A stretch of 64,000 nucleotides of DNA from an uncultured delta proteobacterium (lineage in GTDB: Bacteria; Desulfobacterota; RBG-13-43-22): NCBI GenBank assembly GCA_963743305.1, contig CAVUPH010000042.1, positions 1-64,000 of the forward strand, in the 5' to 3' direction. The notes under the pieces are model-generated. The model had not been told where the DNA came from. It did no database searches and saw nothing but the letters and a program-made list of their open reading frames with translations. How positions within the stretch are numbered: the first letter of the stretch is position 1; each line of letters starts with the position of its first letter. Both the position numbers and the translations under genes were made by a program. Positions 60,537 to 64,000 of this stretch are shown here, in pieces.

Positions 60537-63152
60537 TCATTGAGGTTTGTTCCGGGTTTTCGCCGGCGGAGACCCGGTCGACGGCGGCGGCTGGAAGGTA
60601 TAATTCCCCTTAAAAAATTCCTCCACGAACCAGTCGATTTTCCGATCATCGGACAGAACCATGTCCAGCAGGCGTACGGAGCCCATGAGCCGGCCGAGCA
60701 GGTCCAGTTTCTCCCGGATCAAATTTTGGTCGTGTTTTTTAAGCTGGCCCCGAAGCCTATCGCCTTTTTGTTCCACCATAAAACCCAGGCGTTTGAGGAT
60801 CGCGGCCACCAGGATGGCCCGGCGGGTTCGCCGTTCGATATCCGCCGCCCCGCCTTTAAAATAAAAGGTAATGTAATTGTTGTTGATATTCCGGCCGCAA
60901 TAGGTATCCAAGGTGGCAAAGTGGTAACCCAGGCGGGAACTGAAATTCAGGTATTTGGCCGAGATGACGGCGTAGCTGATTCCCCCCATTTCGCCCTCCT
61001 TTTGGGGGTCCCGCAGGATGGATTCCATCAAGATGGAGCCAAAGCCCCCCCAGTCCATCTTATTCTGCCCCAGCCATTCCACCCCTTCATGCGTCATCCC
61101 CTGGAGCAAGGCCAGGAAGGGGATGGAAGTAATATTTTCCAGCCTGACCTCCCGGGCCGCCGCATCGGCCGCCAGTCCGCCTCCCAGGTCGACCACATAC
61201 AAATTCAAGGGTAAGTGCGAGCGGAAGCGGACCGCGATACCGGGGCCCGGTTCCAGGTCTTCGCCGATTTGAAACATTTCCTGCATAGCCATTTCGTGGA
61301 CGAAGCGGATAAGGTCGTGAATGGTCTCACAGCCGCCGGGGTTGAAATTTTCCTGCTGAGGGTCGACCAGATGCAAGGGGGCGATCTTTTTTAAGACCCG
61401 TTCCATAATCCGGTAAGCCGGGCTGCCTCTTAGGGGATTCAAGGCCGGCCGGTTCTGGAGCAGTTCTTCCACCCGACCCTGGTAGACGATCCGGTTGCGG
61501 GCGTCCACGGTAATTATCTGCCCCGGAGGAATCCGTTCGGTGGCCTGACCGGTGCCCACCAAGGTGGGGATCCGAAATTCCCTGGCCACCGAGGCCATGT
61601 GGCCGGTGACACTGCCGATATCGGTCACGATGGCCCGTACCCGCCCGATGATCGGTACGTAGCGGGGGGAGGTTTGCCGGGCGATTAAAATAACTCCTTC
61701 CGGGACGCTGGGAAGGTTATGGTCCGATTTCAGGACATAGGCCGGGCCGCTGGCCACGCCATCGGCCGCCGATGCTCCTCCCCTCAAGAGGACCGGATAA
61801 TTTTCCAGAACGGGGGCCAGGGCCTCCTCCGTCGGCGGGCTTTCCTGGCGGGTAAAGCCCAGGGGACGGGCCTGCAGCACATAGATTTTACCGTCCGGTT
61901 CCAGCGCCCATTCAATATCCAGAGGGAGCCCGTAATGGTTTTCCAGTTTTGATCCGTATTGGACCAGGAGCTGCAATTGCGCGTCGCTCAGGCAGGACCG
62001 ATCCACCAGGTCGTCTGGCACCCTTTCTTCCTGAAGCCCGGCTCCCGGCCGGGAGCGCAGCCGGGTTGGTTTTCGGGCCAGCTCTCTGATTTCGATTTGC
62101 CGGTTCATCTTTTCAACCTGAAAAAAATCCGTAGGCTGTGATCCGTCGACGGCGCTGAGGCCCAAACCCCAGAGGGCGCTGACCATGAAGACCTCATGAT
62201 TGCGGTTGTTGGGGTCTACGGTGTACATGACCCCGCTGGCCAGCGCTTCAATCATTCGAATACAAGCAACACTCATCAGGACGTCCTGGTCGGAATAGCC
62301 TTTGCTGTGCCGGTAGAAGATGGCCCGGGGATTGAAGGTGCTGGCCACCACTTGTTTATAGGCCTGGAGCAGATTCTCGCGGGTGACGTTCAGGACCGTT
62401 GAATGCTGCCCGGCAAAACTGACTTCGGAATCCTCGCTGGTGGCGCTGCTCCGAACCGCCAAGCGGACCCCGGAACCGAAACGGCCTTCCAGGGTTTCCT
62501 GGGCCGCGAGGATCGCCTCTTCCAACTCCGGAGGCAGGGGGGTCAAAAGGATTTTTTGCTTCACCGTTTCGCTGCGCTTCAGCAAGGTTTCGGTGTCATT
62601 GATGTCCAGACCCTGCAGTTGTTCGTCAATCCACTGCCGCAGGTCCTGTTGTTCTAAAAAATATTGACAGGCATAGGCCGATACGGCAAATCCCTCGGGT
62701 ACGGGCAATCGCACCCGGTTGAGGATCTCCCCTAAGTTAGCCGCCTTGCCGCCCACCGCCGGGACTTCAGCCTTCCCGATTTTTTCCAGCGGGAGGACCA
62801 GAGGGGTCGGGTTGATTTTTTTCCGGACATCTAATTCCGGGAGGATCTCTCCCCCCACCCGTTCCAGGGCCTCAAACAGGTCGGGGTACTTCCCCCGGGC
62901 CAAGGCGTTCAGGTCCTCGATGATTTCGCAGACCACGTCCAGCAGTTGCCGGGATTGCTCCCGCAGGGTTCCCAGGGTAAAGGGCCGGTCTTCGTAGAAT
63001 AAATGCTCCAGATCGGTGATGATTTCCAGTGCCCGGTTGTTTCCGGTCAAGACTTGCTTGAAATGATCGTATTTGTGGAGCAGAAAGCCTTTCTCGGCCG
63101 AAAAACGGCCGCCGCCTTGGCTCTTTCGGAAAATATCGAGTATTTTAAACAT
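60537..63152 (-). CDS. PEP-synthase/pyruvate,water-dikinase-like protein
   Basis: GGKAANLGE, AVRSSA, SFAGQ, DIEWA, LQARPL, phospho-His loop TGHMASVARE. Confidence 0.88.
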   Translation of the reverse strand: MFKILDIFRKSQGGGRFSAEKGFLLHKYDHFKQVLTGNNRALEIITDLEHLFYEDRPFTLGTLREQSRQLLDVVCEIIEDLNALARGKYPDLFEALERVGGEILPELDVRKKINPTPLVLPLEKIGKAEVPAVGGKAANLGEILNRVRLPVPEGFAVSAYACQYFLEQQDLRQWIDEQLQGLDINDTETLLKRSETVKQKILLTPLPPELEEAILAAQETLEGRFGSGVRLAVRSSATSEDSEVSFAGQHSTVLNVTRENLLQAYKQVVASTFNPRAIFYRHSKGYSDQDVLMSVACIRMIEALASGVMYTVDPNNRNHEVFMVSALWGLGLSAVDGSQPTDFFQVEKMNRQIEIRELARKPTRLRSRPGAGLQEERVPDDLVDRSCLSDAQLQLLVQYGSKLENHYGLPLDIEWALEPDGKIYVLQARPLGFTRQESPPTEEALAPVLENYPVLLRGGASAADGVASGPAYVLKSDHNLPSVPEGVILIARQTSPRYVPIIGRVRAIVTDIGSVTGHMASVAREFRIPTLVGTGQATERIPPGQIITVDARNRIVYQGRVEELLQNRPALNPLRGSPAYRIMERVLKKIAPLHLVDPQQENFNPGGCETIHDLIRFVHEMAMQEMFQIGEDLEPGPGIAVRFRSHLPLNLYVVDLGGGLAADAAAREVRLENITSIPFLALLQGMTHEGVEWLGQNKMDWGGFGSILMESILRDPQKEGEMGGISYAVISAKYLNFSSRLGYHFATLDTYCGRNINNNYITFYFKGGAADIERRTRRAILVAAILKRLGFMVEQKGDRLRGQLKKHDQNLIREKLDLLGRLMGSVRLLDMVLSDDRKIDWFVEEFFKGNYTFQPPPSTGSPPAKTRNKPQ

Positions 63153-63272
63153 AAATTAAGTTTTCTTTTCCTTTTTTATATTGCTATATTCAACATAGTT
63201 TTTATAATTTTTCAAAATTAATTTTGACAAGTTCGAAAAAAATAAAAAAAGACCTTTAGCCGTAAAGGATCC

Positions 63273-64000
63273 ATGATGCCAAATATTCAGGCCCTCATTT
63301 TAGCCGCCGGTCGGGTGGATGAGCTTTCCCTCCTGACCCTGGATCGTCCAAAATCCGCAGTCCCCTTTGGGGGACTTTATCGGGTGATCGACTTTGCCCT
63401 GAGCAATCTGATGCACTCCCGGATCGGCCGGGTGGGAATCCTCTCCCAGTACCAATCCACCTCGCTCATTACGCACATTGGCAATGGGGAGTCCTGGGAT
63501 ATGGTCGGGCGCCATCGGAAAGTAAGCCTGCTTCCCCCCTCTTCCGGGGGGAAAGGATGCGAATGGTACCGAGGGACGGCGGATGCCGTGGCCCAAAACA
63601 TGGAATTCATCGTCGAAAATGAACCCGATCTGGTACTTATCCTCTCAGGGGATCATATCTACCAGATGGACTACCAGGAACTGATTCAATTTCACTTGGC
63701 TCAAAAAGCGGATCTGACGGTCGGATTCGTTAAAGTTCCCTTGACCGAGGCCCCTCGTTTTGGTTTGGGGTTGATCGAGGCCAAAAGCGGCCATCCTGGA
63801 GGCCGGCTGCGGGAATACCGGGAAAAACCCGCCCAACCGATTTCTCCCTGGGCCTCCTTAACCATCTATCTTTTTAAACCGCAGGTCCTCTTCGAGGTCC
63901 TCAAAAGTCCTGAGGGTGGAAGTCCCCGGCTGGAGTTCGGGAGGGATATTCTTCCCGAAATGGTTCACCACTTTCGGGTTTTCGGCTATCGTTTTAACGG
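63273..64000 (+). CDS. glgC: Glucose-1-phosphate adenylyltransferase family; runs off the window
   Basis: LILAAG...RPKSAVPFGGLYRVIDFALSN, WYRGTADAV, LSGDHIYQMDY, EKP. Confidence 0.9.
   Translation, partial: MMPNIQALILAAGRVDELSLLTLDRPKSAVPFGGLYRVIDFALSNLMHSRIGRVGILSQYQSTSLITHIGNGESWDMVGRHRKVSLLPPSSGGKGCEWYRGTADAVAQNMEFIVENEPDLVLILSGDHIYQMDYQELIQFHLAQKADLTVGFVKVPLTEAPRFGLGLIEAKSGHPGGRLREYREKPAQPISPWASLTIYLFKPQVLFEVLKSPEGGSPRLEFGRDILPEMVHHFRVFGYRFN

Noticed and set aside
21493-63221. Numerous long antisense or overlapping ORFs in the track (e.g. 21493-22059, 25669-26391, 49643-50128, 59482-60192, 60498-61214)
   Set aside because: They are shadows of well-supported genes in GC-rich DNA and carry no recognisable motifs

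Overview
A window from an anaerobic deltaproteobacterium-like genome (Desulfobacterota-like, inferred from gene content). It has many single-base frameshifts that look like long-read indel errors, concentrated in the accessory DNA. (1) 1-17.2 kb is a heavy-metal/metalloid island: czcCBA-type RND efflux, vapBC, arsR-arsM, arsC, MFS, CDF, ccdA, thioredoxins and a second arsR. It hides two probable selenoproteins that the ORF track truncates. One has a UxxU motif (7911-8222) and the other is a CopZ-associated [2Fe-2S]-type protein with GR-U-C (11710-12021); each has a SECIS-like hairpin. (2) 17.3-21.0 kb is a sulfur/selenium-relay operon: yeeE, tusA, dsrE/F/H-like genes, an exported TPR protein with a long arm ending in Cys, and an exported rhodanese. 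(3) Core genes follow: uvrD-like, folC, lptD, rplM, rpsI, argC, truA, mutL, miaA, pgsA-like and tRNA-Val(GAC). (4) A ~6.9 kb element is integrated in the tRNA-Val 3' end, with 45-bp att repeats, arm sites, integrase, xis-like gene, a candidate Rep_trans-like initiator and collagen-like cargo. (5) A cluster of small exported proteins including a Spy-like protein. (6) Further core genes: HDOD, TrxB-like, PAS kinase, PBP1A, CrtI-like oxidoreductase, amidase, mutS, lapA, HIT, phosphoesterase, spmAB, PEP-synthase-like and partial glgC. No database searches were run; family calls rest on motif recognition.
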